Notes: generated by a model from the sequence alone, not told the origin. A stretch of 64,000 nucleotides of DNA from Alphaproteobacteria bacterium (GCA_963422645.2 CAXXVO010000009.1:96001-160000), one strand, 5' to 3'; shown: positions 9,551 to 20,020, numbered from the stretch's first letter. A program made the numbers and translations.

Positions 9551-10612
9551 ATGGACGCGGTAGGCGAATTTCTCGATTCGACCGATCTGATCGGCGATGG
9601 ACCGGCCCTGGCCGGGCGGCTCCGGCGCGACGGCTATCTCTTCCTGCGCGGGCTGGTGCCGCGCGATGCCGTGCTGGCCGTCCGACGGCGTCTGCTGGAG
9701 AAGGCGGCGGCGGGAGGCTGGCTCGACCCTGCACATCCGGTGGAGGAGGGCATCGCCAACACCGCTGCGTCCTGCAAGGATCCCGAGGATCGCTACATGC
9801 AGGTGTTTCGGAACCTGTGGGTCGACGAAGCACTGCATCGCCTCAGAACCCATCCGATTGTGCTGACGCTGTTCGAGAGCATCTTCGGCGAGCCGGCGCT
9901 CGCGCATCCGCTGTTCGTCCAACGCAACATCTTCCCGCAAAGCGAGAGCTTCGACTTCACCACCGGCGCGCATCAGGACAAGGTCCACATTGGCGGCGCA
10001 ACCAATCACGCGATGTGGGTTCCCTTGGGCGATTGCCCGAGAGAGAAAGGGACGTTGGTGGTGGCGGCGGGTTCACACCTGGCGGGCGTGCTGGACACGA
10101 AGGTCGGCAACGGCGCCGGCGGTATGGACATCTGCGTGCCGATCCCCGGCCAATGGGTGAGCGGCTCCTTCGCGGCAGGCGATGTGCTGATCTTTTCGGA
10201 TACCACCGTGCATCGCGCGCTGCCCAACCGCACGAACCAATTGCGGCAGTCCTTCGATGCCCGCTACCAGCCGGCAAGCCAGCCTATCGCCGAGACCAAC
10301 ATGAACCCCTATTCCGGTTGCGGCACATGGGAAGAGGTCTATGCAGGCTGGTCCTCCGACGACCAGACGTACTACTGGAAGGCGCTCTCCCCCCATGTCG
10401 TGCCGCTCGACCGAAGCTATTACGAACGCCGCGATCGGATGGCCTTCGAGATGGCGGAGAGCGGCGACGTGACGGCGCGCGACGCGCTGCTGCGCATCGT
10501 TCAGCGCGACCCCAACGAGGAGAAGCGTCAGCGCGCGGAGCAATTGCTGCGCCACCTGGCCGCCGGAGCGGCGCAACCGGACGGCAGCGGGTCCCTCGCC
10601 GCATCGACCTGA
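9551..10612 (+). CDS. PhyH-family Fe(II)/2-oxoglutarate dioxygenase
   Basis: LRRDGYLFLRG, HQD triad start, WVPLGD, GDVLIF..VHRALPN, RQSFDARY. Confidence 0.88.
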   Translation: MDAVGEFLDSTDLIGDGPALAGRLRRDGYLFLRGLVPRDAVLAVRRRLLEKAAAGGWLDPAHPVEEGIANTAASCKDPEDRYMQVFRNLWVDEALHRLRTHPIVLTLFESIFGEPALAHPLFVQRNIFPQSESFDFTTGAHQDKVHIGGATNHAMWVPLGDCPREKGTLVVAAGSHLAGVLDTKVGNGAGGMDICVPIPGQWVSGSFAAGDVLIFSDTTVHRALPNRTNQLRQSFDARYQPASQPIAETNMNPYSGCGTWEEVYAGWSSDDQTYYWKALSPHVVPLDRSYYERRDRMAFEMAESGDVTARDALLRIVQRDPNEEKRQRAEQLLRHLAAGAAQPDGSGSLAAST

Positions 10613-10776
10613 AGGGTCGACGTCCCGGCCGCCGCGGCATTGCTGAAAGGGCGCAGCCCCTTGCTCGGGCGCATGATCGGCGGGCCTGTCCCGCGTTTCC
10701 CACGCTCGTCTTCGCTTCCCCGGCAGCGCCGACTACAATCGATCGACCGAGGCAAGAAGATCGGGAGATCCGGGCG

Positions 10777-11787
10777 ATGGAAATGGTCATGCGCAGCTAC
10801 TCGAACGACTGGGTCGCCGATTCCATCATGCACCGCAAGGGCGTTGGCGGCGGCTCGTCGGGGGTCACGCACGAGCTGACCGAGGAGAAGCAGGGCACCT
10901 ATCTCTACACCATCGGCCCCTACGCCGACCCGGTGCTCTCCATCGAGCCGGGCGACCGGGTGATCGTCGAGACCCGCGATGCCTTCGAGGGCAAGATCAC
11001 GAGCGAGAGCGACGTGCCCTCGGAGCTGCTGGAGGTGCCCTTCCTCAACCCGCAATGCGGCCCGATCTTCATGGCCGGCGCCTCGAAGGGCGACGTGCTC
11101 GCCGTGCACATCGAGAGCATGGCACCGCGCGGCCCCCAGCCCCGCGGCACCTGCTGCATGATCAAGGAGTTCGGCGGCCTCACCGGCACCTACTACACGG
11201 CCACGCTCAACGAGCCGCTGCCCGAGAAGGTGCGCAAGGTGGTGGTCGATGAGGAGAACGTCTACTGGAGCGACCGGGTCACGCTCCCCTACAAGCCGCA
11301 CATCGGCACGCTCAGCTGCTCGCCCCAGATCGATTCCATCAACTCGCTCACGCCTGACGATCACGGCGGCAACATGGATCTGCCGGACATGGGGCCCGGC
11401 ACGATTACCTATCTGCCGGTGCGCGCGCCCGGCGCGCTGCTCTACATCGGCGATGCCCACGCCTGCCAGGGCGACGGCGAGGTCTGCGGCGTGGCCGTGG
11501 AGTACCCCACGACCACCACGATCACCGTCGACCTGATCAAGGACTGGACCATCGATTGGCCACGCCTGGAAGCCGACGACTTCATCATGACGATCGGCAG
11601 CGCCCGGCCGCTGGAGGATGCGACCCGGATTGCCTATCGCGAGCTGGTGCGCTGGATGGTCAAGGACTACGGCTACGACCAGTGGGACGCCTACACGATG
11701 CTGAGCCAATGCGGCAAGGTGAGGCTCGGCAACTTCGTCGACCCCAAGTACACCATGGGCGCGGCGATCTCGAAGACTTACCTGTAG
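10777..11787 (+). CDS. Acetamidase/formamidase family protein
   Basis: NPQCGPI, GDVLAVHI, HGGNMD, IGDAHACQGDGEVCGVAVE. Confidence 0.92.
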   Translation: MEMVMRSYSNDWVADSIMHRKGVGGGSSGVTHELTEEKQGTYLYTIGPYADPVLSIEPGDRVIVETRDAFEGKITSESDVPSELLEVPFLNPQCGPIFMAGASKGDVLAVHIESMAPRGPQPRGTCCMIKEFGGLTGTYYTATLNEPLPEKVRKVVVDEENVYWSDRVTLPYKPHIGTLSCSPQIDSINSLTPDDHGGNMDLPDMGPGTITYLPVRAPGALLYIGDAHACQGDGEVCGVAVEYPTTTTITVDLIKDWTIDWPRLEADDFIMTIGSARPLEDATRIAYRELVRWMVKDYGYDQWDAYTMLSQCGKVRLGNFVDPKYTMGAAISKTYL

Positions 11788-11801
11788 TTCGCAGGTTGCG
11801 A

Positions 11802-11838
11802 GCTTGAGCGTTTCCGTGTGAAACGGAACCGCTCAAGC
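11802..11838. repeat. Palindromic REP-like or terminator hairpin between convergent genes
   Basis: GCTTGAGCG-TTTCCGT-GTGAA-ACGGAA-CCGCTCAAGC. Confidence 0.6.
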
Positions 11839-11948
11839 ATTTTGTCGCTCACGGCAGCCGGCCTACAGCCGGCGCCTCCGCGAGGGCGCCGCAGGAGCGG
11901 CGGGCCGCGGTCGCGGCCTGTCGCGCGTCCGTCAAAGACGGACGCCCT

Positions 11949-13196
11949 CTAAGACGGCCGTTCATCCATGGACTCGATGTCGAACCCGGCGACCCGCTTG
12001 TACCTGCGGGAAACGTCCTCCATCTCCTCCAGCGAAACGTAGTCGCTGATGTTTTCGCAGTTCGGCGGGCAGCGCTCATCGACCAGGCGCAACACGTGCT
12101 CCGCCGCGAATTCGCGGTTCAGGCAGACGATCTCTGCCGTCGGCTCAAGGCGCTCCGCCTCATAGGCACGCAAGGCCTCCGGGACCTTCGGCTGCGTCCC
12201 AAGGGCGCGCGTCAGCGCACGCGCATCCAGAATCGCCTGAGCGGCGCCGTTGGAGCCGCTCGGATACATGGGGTGCGCCGCGTCGCCCAGCAACGTTACG
12301 CGGCCGAAGCTCCAACGCGGGACGGGGTCGCGATCGGCCATCGGAAACTCGAACACCCGCTCGCTCTCGCGGAAGAGCTGCGGCACGTCCAGCCAGTCGA
12401 AGCGCCAGTCGCGAAAGGCCGGAACGAAGTCGTCCTTCTTGCCTGCCCGGTGCCAGTCGTCCCAGTGCCATTCGGTCTTGCTCTCGTCGCGGATCTCGGC
12501 CACCCAGTTGATCAGCGACCTGCCGCGCGCGGCGGCCTCGCGGGAGATCGGGTAGACCACCGCCCTGATGTGCCAGTTGCCCGCGACGATCATCGTCCGT
12601 CCGTCGAGGAAGGGTTTCTGTTCGGTGACGCCGCGCCACATCGTGATCCCCGAGAAACGCGGCGGCCCCTCCTCGGGATAGAGCACGCCGCGGGTTCTCG
12701 AGTGGATGCCGTCCGCGCCGATCAACGCGTCGCCGCGCTCGCTGGCAACCGGAGTGCCGGTGGCGGGATCGACGAAGTGCGCCGTCACGCCATCGTCGTC
12801 CTGCTCGACGTGTGCGAGGCGATGGCCGGTCCGAATGGCAGATGCGCCCAGGCGCGCCTGCACTGCGCGCGCGAGACTCATCAGCAGGCGGCCGCGGTGG
12901 ATCGAGTACTGCGGCCAGCGGTAGCCGGCACCCAGGCCGCGCGGCTCGCGCCAGATCGGCCGACCATACGCGGTGTAGTAAGCGAGTTCCCGGGTCTCGA
13001 TTGCCGTTGACGCGAGCGCGGGCTGCACGCCCAGCGCGCTCAACTCGCGCACGGCGTGCGGCAGGAGATTGATGCCGACGCCGAGCTCCCTCAGCTCGGG
13101 GGTGGACTCGAAGACGACGGCATCGATGCCGGCCTCATGCAGGCTCAGCGCCGCCGTCAGCCCGCCGATGCCGCCGCCAGCGATGAGAACGCGCAT
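11949..13196 (-). CDS. Flavin-dependent monooxygenase (group A aromatic hydroxylase family)
   Basis: MRVLIAGGGIGG, LIGADGIHS, VTLLGDAAHPMYP.GSNGA. Confidence 0.92.
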   Translation of the reverse strand: MRVLIAGGGIGGLTAALSLHEAGIDAVVFESTPELRELGVGINLLPHAVRELSALGVQPALASTAIETRELAYYTAYGRPIWREPRGLGAGYRWPQYSIHRGRLLMSLARAVQARLGASAIRTGHRLAHVEQDDDGVTAHFVDPATGTPVASERGDALIGADGIHSRTRGVLYPEEGPPRFSGITMWRGVTEQKPFLDGRTMIVAGNWHIRAVVYPISREAAARGRSLINWVAEIRDESKTEWHWDDWHRAGKKDDFVPAFRDWRFDWLDVPQLFRESERVFEFPMADRDPVPRWSFGRVTLLGDAAHPMYPSGSNGAAQAILDARALTRALGTQPKVPEALRAYEAERLEPTAEIVCLNREFAAEHVLRLVDERCPPNCENISDYVSLEEMEDVSRRYKRVAGFDIESMDERPS

Positions 13197-13231
13197 CGCC
13201 TGCGTTCTCTCCGCGCCCCGCCGCTGCCGCC

Positions 13232-14083
13232 TTACTCCACCCGCACCTGGTCGCCCCTCTTCACCGTGCCGCCCTGGACGACGAAGCCGTAGACGCCCGC
13301 GCAGGGAAGAGACTCGCCGTCGAGCACGGGGACCGGGAGCGTGTTGTGCTCGACGATCGTGCGAAGGAGCTGCGGATCCTTCTCCAGGTCCTCCTGCGCA
13401 AGGGTCGGGACGGAACAGCGCGGCGTCGGGTCGGAGATGCGGAGCCGCACCTCGTCGCCGATGGCGATCTCGCGCCCGACCCAGTCGTTCTCGACGAAAC
13501 CCCTTTGGCCCTCGGGCGTTGCGATCGTCACGTTGGGGCGAAAGCGGCGCGCGCTGAACTTCGATTCGGGGCGGAGCTCGGCGAGGCGCGCCATCGTCGC
13601 CGTTGTTATGAGATGCAGTGCCGCGTAGTCGGAGAACCGGCCCGCCATCATCAGCTCGCCGATGTCGACAATGGTCTCGTCGGCGGCGAGCGGGTCGAGG
13701 CGTTCGAGGCTGGGTGCCTCCGGGCGCTCCGTTGTGAGTGTGACCGGCCGCCCCAGCGTGCCGGAAAGGCGGGCATCGGGGTCGCCGCCCTCGCCCGAGA
13801 CCGCCGTGCCATCGGGCCAGACGATGCGCACCGGCGGCAGCGGCGCGCCAGGCTGCGGCGGCGAGACGAAATCGGCGGCGAGGGCCATCAACCCGGCCCA
13901 CTTCCTGGGCGTCTTGGCGCTCCCCACCCGGCCGCTCTCCCGGTCGATCACGGCATAGCCGCGGTCGCCCAGGATGCCGCCTTCGGCGACCAGCGCCTCG
14001 TCGATCTTGGTGCCGGCCATGGACTTGACTGGATAGCGCCAGAGCGCCTTGACGGTGCCGCCACTCGTGCCTTGCGAAGCCAT
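13232..14083 (-). CDS. MOSC domain protein (YcbX/mARC-like)
   Basis: LWRYPVKSM, GILGDR, RRFRPN, PTPRC. Confidence 0.9.
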   Translation of the reverse strand: MASQGTSGGTVKALWRYPVKSMAGTKIDEALVAEGGILGDRGYAVIDRESGRVGSAKTPRKWAGLMALAADFVSPPQPGAPLPPVRIVWPDGTAVSGEGGDPDARLSGTLGRPVTLTTERPEAPSLERLDPLAADETIVDIGELMMAGRFSDYAALHLITTATMARLAELRPESKFSARRFRPNVTIATPEGQRGFVENDWVGREIAIGDEVRLRISDPTPRCSVPTLAQEDLEKDPQLLRTIVEHNTLPVPVLDGESLPCAGVYGFVVQGGTVKRGDQVRVE

Positions 14084-14132
14084 GATCGCCTTTCTCCATG
14101 CTGCCAGTGAGTCGTCGTTCGGAAGTGCCCCA

Positions 14133-14609
14133 TCAAGGGTCGTAGAGATCGCGGCTCCGGTGCCAGTCCTGGATGGACTGGTCCGGGTACTCCGCAAAGT
14201 GCGGGTCCCGCTTGCCGGACGGGATCCTGACCCAGCCCGGCGCATAGTCGACCATGATGTGGCAGCGCTCGGGCGCGGTCGGCAGGGCAGAGTCGATGGC
14301 CGACGCGAAGGGGTGGATCAGCTCGGGCCAGCGCGGGTCCCAGACCCAGAGCGCACTGCCGCAACGGTTGCAGAAGCGCCGCTCGGCCGGGCTCTCGCTG
14401 CCGTCCTCGAGCCGCGCCCGATAGACCTTGATGAAGCGCTTGCCCGTGACGTTCAGGGTCTCCGCATCGCCGCCGAGATTGATGGCATAGCCGCCACCAC
14501 CGGCGGTCTTTCGGCAGATCGAGCAATGGCAATACATGTAAGGAAGCGGCGTCCTCGACTGGAGCGAAAAGCGAACCGCGCGGCAGTGGCACGAGCCTTC
14601 CATCAGCAT
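14133..14609 (-). CDS. GFA/Mss4-like zinc-binding protein
   Basis: GSCHC..VRF, CHCSICRK, RRFCNRCGS. Confidence 0.9.
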   Translation of the reverse strand: MLMEGSCHCRAVRFSLQSRTPLPYMYCHCSICRKTAGGGGYAINLGGDAETLNVTGKRFIKVYRARLEDGSESPAERRFCNRCGSALWVWDPRWPELIHPFASAIDSALPTAPERCHIMVDYAPGWVRIPSGKRDPHFAEYPDQSIQDWHRSRDLYDP

Positions 14610-14642
14610 GTGTTTCTCCCCCTGTTTGCGCTCTCGCGGGCG

Positions 14643-15281
14643 CTACACCGCCCTGGAGAAGTCTCCGGTGGCAGGGTTCAAGGCCCAGAGCTCGCCGTGG
14701 GCAATGTCGAACCAGGCGCCGTGCAGGCTGAGCCGGCCGCGATCTTCGAGGATGGAAACGCACGGGAAGGTCCGCAGGTTCGCGATCGAATGGCGTATGG
14801 AGGCCCGTTCGAGAGCGGTCTGCCGCTCGGCATCCGACAACGGGCCGCCGATCTCGATCTCGCTGGTGGCAGGCCCAAGCAGCTTCATCCACTCGCCGAT
14901 GAAGTCGCCGGGAGAGAGTGGCTCCGCTGCAGGATGCAGGACCGCACGGATGCCGCCGCAGCGCCCGTGGCCGAGCACGACGATATGTCGGACCCTCAGA
15001 CTTTGGACGGCAAACTCCAGCGCGGCCGAGGTGCCGTGATGGGCGCCGGTCGGCTCATAGGGCGGCACCAGGTTGGCGACATTGCGGACGACGAAAATCT
15101 CCCCCGGCGAAGCGTCGAAGATGGTCTCCGGCGCCGCCCGGGAATCGCAGCACGCGATGACCATGACCTCGGGTTTCTGCCCGTCCTCGGCGAGCGCGCG
15201 GTAGCGGGCATGCTCCCGGGCATAGCGGTCGTCCTTGAACGAACGGTAGCCATCGAGAAGCGCTCTGGGGAACTCGGTCAT
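14643..15281 (-). CDS. Beta-class carbonic anhydrase
   Basis: GQKP..IACCDSR, VRNVANLVP, GHGRCGG. Confidence 0.95.
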   Translation of the reverse strand: MTEFPRALLDGYRSFKDDRYAREHARYRALAEDGQKPEVMVIACCDSRAAPETIFDASPGEIFVVRNVANLVPPYEPTGAHHGTSAALEFAVQSLRVRHIVVLGHGRCGGIRAVLHPAAEPLSPGDFIGEWMKLLGPATSEIEIGGPLSDAERQTALERASIRHSIANLRTFPCVSILEDRGRLSLHGAWFDIAHGELWALNPATGDFSRAV

Positions 15282-15397
15282 CGCGGGATCCGGCCATATT
15301 CATCGACGCGGCGGGCGCCACGTGGTGGGGCATATACGCGATCTTCGCCGAGAGTTCGACCGGATCGCTGCGCGGGACGCGCCCGCGCGCCATCGCA

Positions 15398-15958
15398 TCA
15401 AGGCGTTCGGCGGGAGCGCGGGACCAGCATGCGGATCAGCGTCGAGCCCTTGTCGATGAAGGTGTGCTTGAGGGCCGCGCCGGCGTGAAGCCCGACGAGC
15501 GCGATGCCGCCATAGGCCAGGTAGTAGTGGAGATCGATGGCGAGGTCGCGGGTGCCTGCCGTGACATCGAAGAACGCGGGCAACTCGAAGAGCCCGAACA
15601 TGTCGATGCCCGCACCCTCCGAGGTTGAGATCAGGTAGCCGGTGACCGGCAGCACGACCAGGAGCGCGCCCAGGATCCAATGCATGGCGGTGGCGCCGGC
15701 GCGCTCGTAAGCCCTCACCTCGGGCCCGAAGTCGGGCTTCCGGTCGGCGAGCTTCCAGCCGATCTTGGCCAGCGCCAGCGCCAGCACCACGATTCCGATG
15801 GCCTTATGGAGCGCGAGGGAAGCGTTGTACCAGGGATCGTAATAGGTGAGCCCCACCATCCAGGCGCCGAGCCCGACGAGGCCGATGAAGGCGACGGCGA
15901 TGGTCCAGTGAAAGCCGATGGCGACGAGCCCGTAGTGGTCCTTGCCGCTGCTCCACAT
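15398..15958 (-). CDS. Cytochrome b561 (YceJ-like)
   Basis: FHW, LHKAIG, MHW, LHAGAALKH haem ligands; adjacent to yceI. Confidence 0.9.
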   Translation of the reverse strand: MWSSGKDHYGLVAIGFHWTIAVAFIGLVGLGAWMVGLTYYDPWYNASLALHKAIGIVVLALALAKIGWKLADRKPDFGPEVRAYERAGATAMHWILGALLVVLPVTGYLISTSEGAGIDMFGLFELPAFFDVTAGTRDLAIDLHYYLAYGGIALVGLHAGAALKHTFIDKGSTLIRMLVPRSRRTP

Positions 15959-15994
15959 GGTTGCTACCGCCAGGAGACGTAACGCCCGCAGGCG

Positions 15995-16569
15995 CTAGTT
16001 ACGAATGCCCTCGATGAAGAGGAAGAGCTCCATGGATTCGGCAGCCGGGCCCAGGTTGTAGCCCATGCCGTAATCCTTGCGGGCGAGCGTCACCGAGCCC
16101 TCGAAACCGGCGCGGTAGCCGCCCCAGGGTCCTTCCCTTCGCCCACCCTCTTGACGGCGATGGCGATCGGCTTGGTGACTCCGTGGAGCGTCAGGTCGCC
16201 GGTCATCACGCCGCCCTCGGCATCGCCCTCGTAGCCGGCACTGACGAAGGTCACCGTGGGGAACTCGTCGACGCTCAGGAAGTCCGACGAGCGCAGGTGC
16301 TTGTCGCGTTCCGCGTGGTTCGTATCGACGCTGGCGGGGTCGATCTCGACCGTGATGGACTGAGCCTCCGGCCCCGCCTCCGGATCGTACGTGAAGCTGC
16401 CCGACACCGTCTCGAAGGTGCCTATCATCCAGGAAAGGCCGACGTGGGAGATCTTGAACTGAACGAAGCTGTGGGCCGAATCGATCGAGTAGTCTGCGGC
16501 CTCGGCTGCCGGTGCCGTGAATGCCAGGACGGTCGCGGCCAGGGCGGCTCCGAGGGTGCGTTTAATCAT
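15995..16569 (-). pseudogene. yceI: YceI-family periplasmic protein, -1 frameshift near 16128
   Basis: YSIDSAHSFVQF, SVDTNHAERDKHLRS; adding one C to GACCCTGG restores KDPWGGYRAGFEG...IEGIRN*. Confidence 0.88.
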
Positions 16570-16668
16570 GGCTCGAAGTCCTTTCGGCTGATTGTTCGCG
16601 TTACCAGGTGGCCGCACCGCGGAAATCCGGTCGCCCGTCTCTCACCAATACGACTGGGGAGGCGTCGT

Positions 16669-16935
16669 TCACGCCTTCTTATCCCCCGTGCGTGGCAGGT
16701 CGATGACCCGTCCGCCGTCCTTCCGTGGATCGAAATCGTAGCCCTTGCGCACCTCGACATTGCGCAGGATGACTTCGAGCGCCGTCGCGTCGAAGGGATC
16801 GACGTCGATCGGCGCGGCATACTTCGACTTGAGGCTGTGCAGCATCTCGCGTTCGTTGGGCATGAGGCTCTCCTCGACCGCTTCCGCAGCCTCGATCAAG
16901 CGCTGGAGCGCAACGAATGCGACCAGTTCGACCAT
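16669..16935 (-). CDS. Hypothetical protein (88 aa)
   Basis: Protein-like composition, purine-rich RBS, fills the gap between genes. Confidence 0.6.
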   Translation of the reverse strand: MVELVAFVALQRLIEAAEAVEESLMPNEREMLHSLKSKYAAPIDVDPFDATALEVILRNVEVRKGYDFDPRKDGGRVIDLPRTGDKKA

Positions 16936-16973
16936 TGCTCGACCCCTTCGCTATCGGTCCGCTTCAGCCCGTA

Positions 16974-17477
16974 CTATCTCTGCCAGGTACAGTCGGCGAT
17001 CATGACGACCCAACCGTCTGGCAAGTAGTCGACGTCGTAGCTGCAGATTCCTGTCACCCCGTCGTAAGGCCCTGTGCCGCCCAGGATTTCCATGGTGCCG
17101 GGCCCGCCGCTGCCCGCCTCGACGTCGCCCTCGCGCCGCTTGGAGAAGGTGTACCAGCGATCTCCCGAAGGCGCGGTCATCTCGCAGGGCACCTCAAGGT
17201 CGAAGCCCGCCTCCGAACGCTTGATGTAGACCACGCAGGTGGCGCGATCGTGCGTGCCTTCGACGAAGGGTGCGCCACTGCCCTCCAGAATGGTGACCAC
17301 GCCGTTCAGGGTCCCGCCGGTGACCCTCCCGCCGGGTTGGTCGATGGTGGTGTAGTCCTGCACGTAGGTACGAATGATGCGGAGGCTGCCGCTCTCCTCC
17401 GCCGTCGCGATGTGCGCCGCACCCAGCATCCCTGCCCCGGCGACCAGCGCCGCGGCCATCTTCGCCGCTGCAACCAT
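16974..17477 (-). CDS. Secreted hypothetical beta-rich protein
   Basis: Signal peptide; ILGGTGPYDGVTG motif reminiscent of dirigent/allene-oxide-cyclase barrels. Confidence 0.65.
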   Translation of the reverse strand: MVAAAKMAAALVAGAGMLGAAHIATAEESGSLRIIRTYVQDYTTIDQPGGRVTGGTLNGVVTILEGSGAPFVEGTHDRATCVVYIKRSEAGFDLEVPCEMTAPSGDRWYTFSKRREGDVEAGSGGPGTMEILGGTGPYDGVTGICSYDVDYLPDGWVVMIADCTWQR

Positions 17478-17599
17478 CTCTGTCCTCGCCTGTCGGACGA
17501 TCAGTGGCGGAATGGTAAGGGCCTGGGTGCTACCGGTACAACCGGAGCGGCGGCTTGGTCTGGACGGTCGGAGATGCGTGCCGAGCGGGCGGCGCGCCT

Positions 17600-18214
17600 T
17601 CAGTCGTCTCCGCCCTTTCTGCCGCGCCCGCTCAGCGCATCGAGCTGGGCCTGCATCTTGTCGAGCCTGTCGAGAACGTCGCCGACATCCGCCGCCTCAT
17701 CGCCCTCTCCGTCGGGCTTCGGCTCCTCCTGACGCTCGCCGGCGGGAAAGCCCGAGAACATCTCCATGGAGCGCTGCATCAGCGCCATGTTGCGCTCGGC
17801 CATGGCCTCGAACTCGTCGACCGGGAACATGCCGCCGAAGGTGCTGTTCATGCGCTCGCGCATGTCCCCCTGATTGCGCGCGAAGGTCTCCATGGCGACT
17901 TCGAGATAGCTGGGCACGAACGCCTGGACGTTGTCGCCGTAGAGCTGGATCAGCTGGCGCAGGAAGCTGATCGGGAGCATGTTCTGCCCCTTGGCCTCCT
18001 GCTCGACGATGATCTGGGTCAGCACCTGGCGGGTGATGTCGTCGCCGGACTTTGCGTCGCGCACGACGAAGTCCTCGCCCTTCCGCACCATGTCGCAGAG
18101 GTTTTCGAGGGTCACGTAGCTGCCGGTGGCGGTGTTGTAGAGCCGGCGATTGGCGTACTTCTTGATGACGATAGTTGCTTGGGCGGCCTCGTCGGCCCGG
18201 TCGGTCGCGGCCAT
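17600..18214 (-). CDS. phaR: Polyhydroxyalkanoate synthesis repressor PhaR
   Basis: IKKYANRRLYNT.T.SYVTL, DAKSGDDITR.VLTQII.EQE, LPISFLRQLI. Confidence 0.96.
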   Translation of the reverse strand: MAATDRADEAAQATIVIKKYANRRLYNTATGSYVTLENLCDMVRKGEDFVVRDAKSGDDITRQVLTQIIVEQEAKGQNMLPISFLRQLIQLYGDNVQAFVPSYLEVAMETFARNQGDMRERMNSTFGGMFPVDEFEAMAERNMALMQRSMEMFSGFPAGERQEEPKPDGEGDEAADVGDVLDRLDKMQAQLDALSGRGRKGGDD

Positions 18215-18234
18215 CTCCCTGGCCCCCGCTCCGG

Positions 18235-19974
18235 CTATTCGGCCGCCTCCGGCAGCGGCGTATCCTCCCCGTAGCGCGCGACCCAGGAGGGCTCGAAGCC
18301 GTAGTCCCGCGCCGCGGCCCCGGCACTGACATAGCCCTCCATCACATCCTCCACCACGGCACGCGGGTCGCGCTCGCGCGGCTCGCCGTAGCCGCCGCCG
18401 CCCGGCGCCTTGACCGAGACCCGCTCGCCGGGGCGGATCGGCACGTTCGAGTACTTGCTGGTGGAAATCTTGCCGAACGCCTCGCCCACCGTGGTCCAGC
18501 GGTTGGCGCCTTCCTTCCGATAGAGCGTGGCGCCGGCAATGCCCGAGCCGCCTCCGTACAGGCCCCAGGCGACCTTCTTATGCTTGTTGGTCATCTGGCT
18601 GATCATCACATCGCCGGTGCAGAGCATGGTCTTGGAGATGCTCAAGCCGCCGCGATGGGCGCCGGCGCCGCCGGAATCAGGCCGCAGCGCATATTCCTCG
18701 ACGATCCACGGGAAGCGCGTCTCGAACACCTCGGTCGGCGTGTTGGCGCAGTTGCCGTTGATCGAATCCGTGGCGTCGTTGCCATCGGCGAAGCTGCGTC
18801 CGCCGTAGCCGACATAGGAGAAGTCGAACGCGCCGATGGGCTCGTCGTTGCGCGCATCGTAGCCGCCGAAAACGAAGCAGCCGTGGGTGGTGCCTTCGGA
18901 GGCCATCACGCGGTCGGGCGCCGCCGGCGCCATCGCGCCCAGGATGATGGCGACGATGAGCGGGTGGGTCTCGGTATTGCCGCCGACTTCGGAGCCCGGA
19001 TAGTCCACGTTCATCACGGAGCCGGCGGGCGCGATCACCCGGATCGGGCGGAAGCAGCCCGAGTTCTTCGGGATCGTCTGGTCGGTGAGATGCAGCATCG
19101 CGTTGTAGGACGCGGACCAGGCAACGCCCAAGGTGGCGTTGATCGGACCCAGCGCCTGCGACGAGGAGCCGGTGTAGTCGATCACCACCTCGTCGCCCTG
19201 GACGTGGACCGCGCAGCGGATGGTGTACTCCTTGTCCTCGATGCCGTCGTCTTCCAGCCCGTCCTCGAAGCGGTAGCAGCCGTCGGGGAAGGCCCCGATC
19301 TCGGCCCGCATGCGGGCCTCCGAATAGTCCATCAGGTCAATGACGGTGCGGTGGAAGGTCTCCCGGCCGTACTTGCCGATCAGCTCCTTCATCCGCGCTT
19401 CGCCGAGATCGACGGCGGAGATCATCGCCCTGAGGTCGCCGTAGTTCTGGCGCGGGGTGCGGACGTTCGCCAGCATCAGCTTCCACACCTCGACCATGTC
19501 TTCGCCGCGCTTCTTGATCTTGACCGGGGGCACGCGCAGGCCCTCGTGAAAGATCTCGGTGGCCTCGCCGGGGAAGCCGCCGGGCACCATGCCGCCGGTC
19601 TCGACGAAATGGCCGATGGCGACGGCAAAACCCATAATCTCGCCATCGACGAAGATCGGCTTGAACATGGTGTGTTCGGGCGTGTGCAGACCGCCCCGGT
19701 AGGGATCGTTGTGGACGATGACGTCGCCTTCGTCGATCTCGTCGAGCGAGATCTCCTTGACCATCGAGCGCACCAGCAGCGGCACGCCGCCGATCTGTGC
19801 CGGGCAGAACTCGGCCACGGCGATCATCTCGCCCTTGGTGTTGGCCAGCGCACAGGTGAAGTCCTCGGCCTCGGAGAAGATCGTCGAATATGCGGTCTTC
19901 TGCACGTTGACGCCCATCTCGCGGCAAATCGCGACCATGGCGGATTCGATGATGTTCATCGTGACCATATCCAT
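18235..19974 (-). CDS. Hydantoinase B/oxoprolinase family subunit
   Basis: TAYSTIFSEAEDF, HNDPYRGGLHTPE, NTPTEVFE, DSGGAGAHRGG, PGGGGYGEP. Confidence 0.93.
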   Translation of the reverse strand: MDMVTMNIIESAMVAICREMGVNVQKTAYSTIFSEAEDFTCALANTKGEMIAVAEFCPAQIGGVPLLVRSMVKEISLDEIDEGDVIVHNDPYRGGLHTPEHTMFKPIFVDGEIMGFAVAIGHFVETGGMVPGGFPGEATEIFHEGLRVPPVKIKKRGEDMVEVWKLMLANVRTPRQNYGDLRAMISAVDLGEARMKELIGKYGRETFHRTVIDLMDYSEARMRAEIGAFPDGCYRFEDGLEDDGIEDKEYTIRCAVHVQGDEVVIDYTGSSSQALGPINATLGVAWSASYNAMLHLTDQTIPKNSGCFRPIRVIAPAGSVMNVDYPGSEVGGNTETHPLIVAIILGAMAPAAPDRVMASEGTTHGCFVFGGYDARNDEPIGAFDFSYVGYGGRSFADGNDATDSINGNCANTPTEVFETRFPWIVEEYALRPDSGGAGAHRGGLSISKTMLCTGDVMISQMTNKHKKVAWGLYGGGSGIAGATLYRKEGANRWTTVGEAFGKISTSKYSNVPIRPGERVSVKAPGGGGYGEPRERDPRAVVEDVMEGYVSAGAAARDYGFEPSWVARYGEDTPLPEAAE

Positions 19975-20020
19975 GACGGATTCCTTTCTTCGCCCGCGCG
20001 CTCCCCGCCGGGGGGGGGGC

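Noticed and set aside
9817-14099. 656-aa and 716-aa ORFs as fusion proteins
   Set aside because: The extensions are alternative frames of the PhyH and MOSC genes in high-GC DNA.
16120-16135. yceI frameshift as programmed recoding
   Set aside because: A single-base loss in a short run with no family precedent known to me; error or mutation is simpler.
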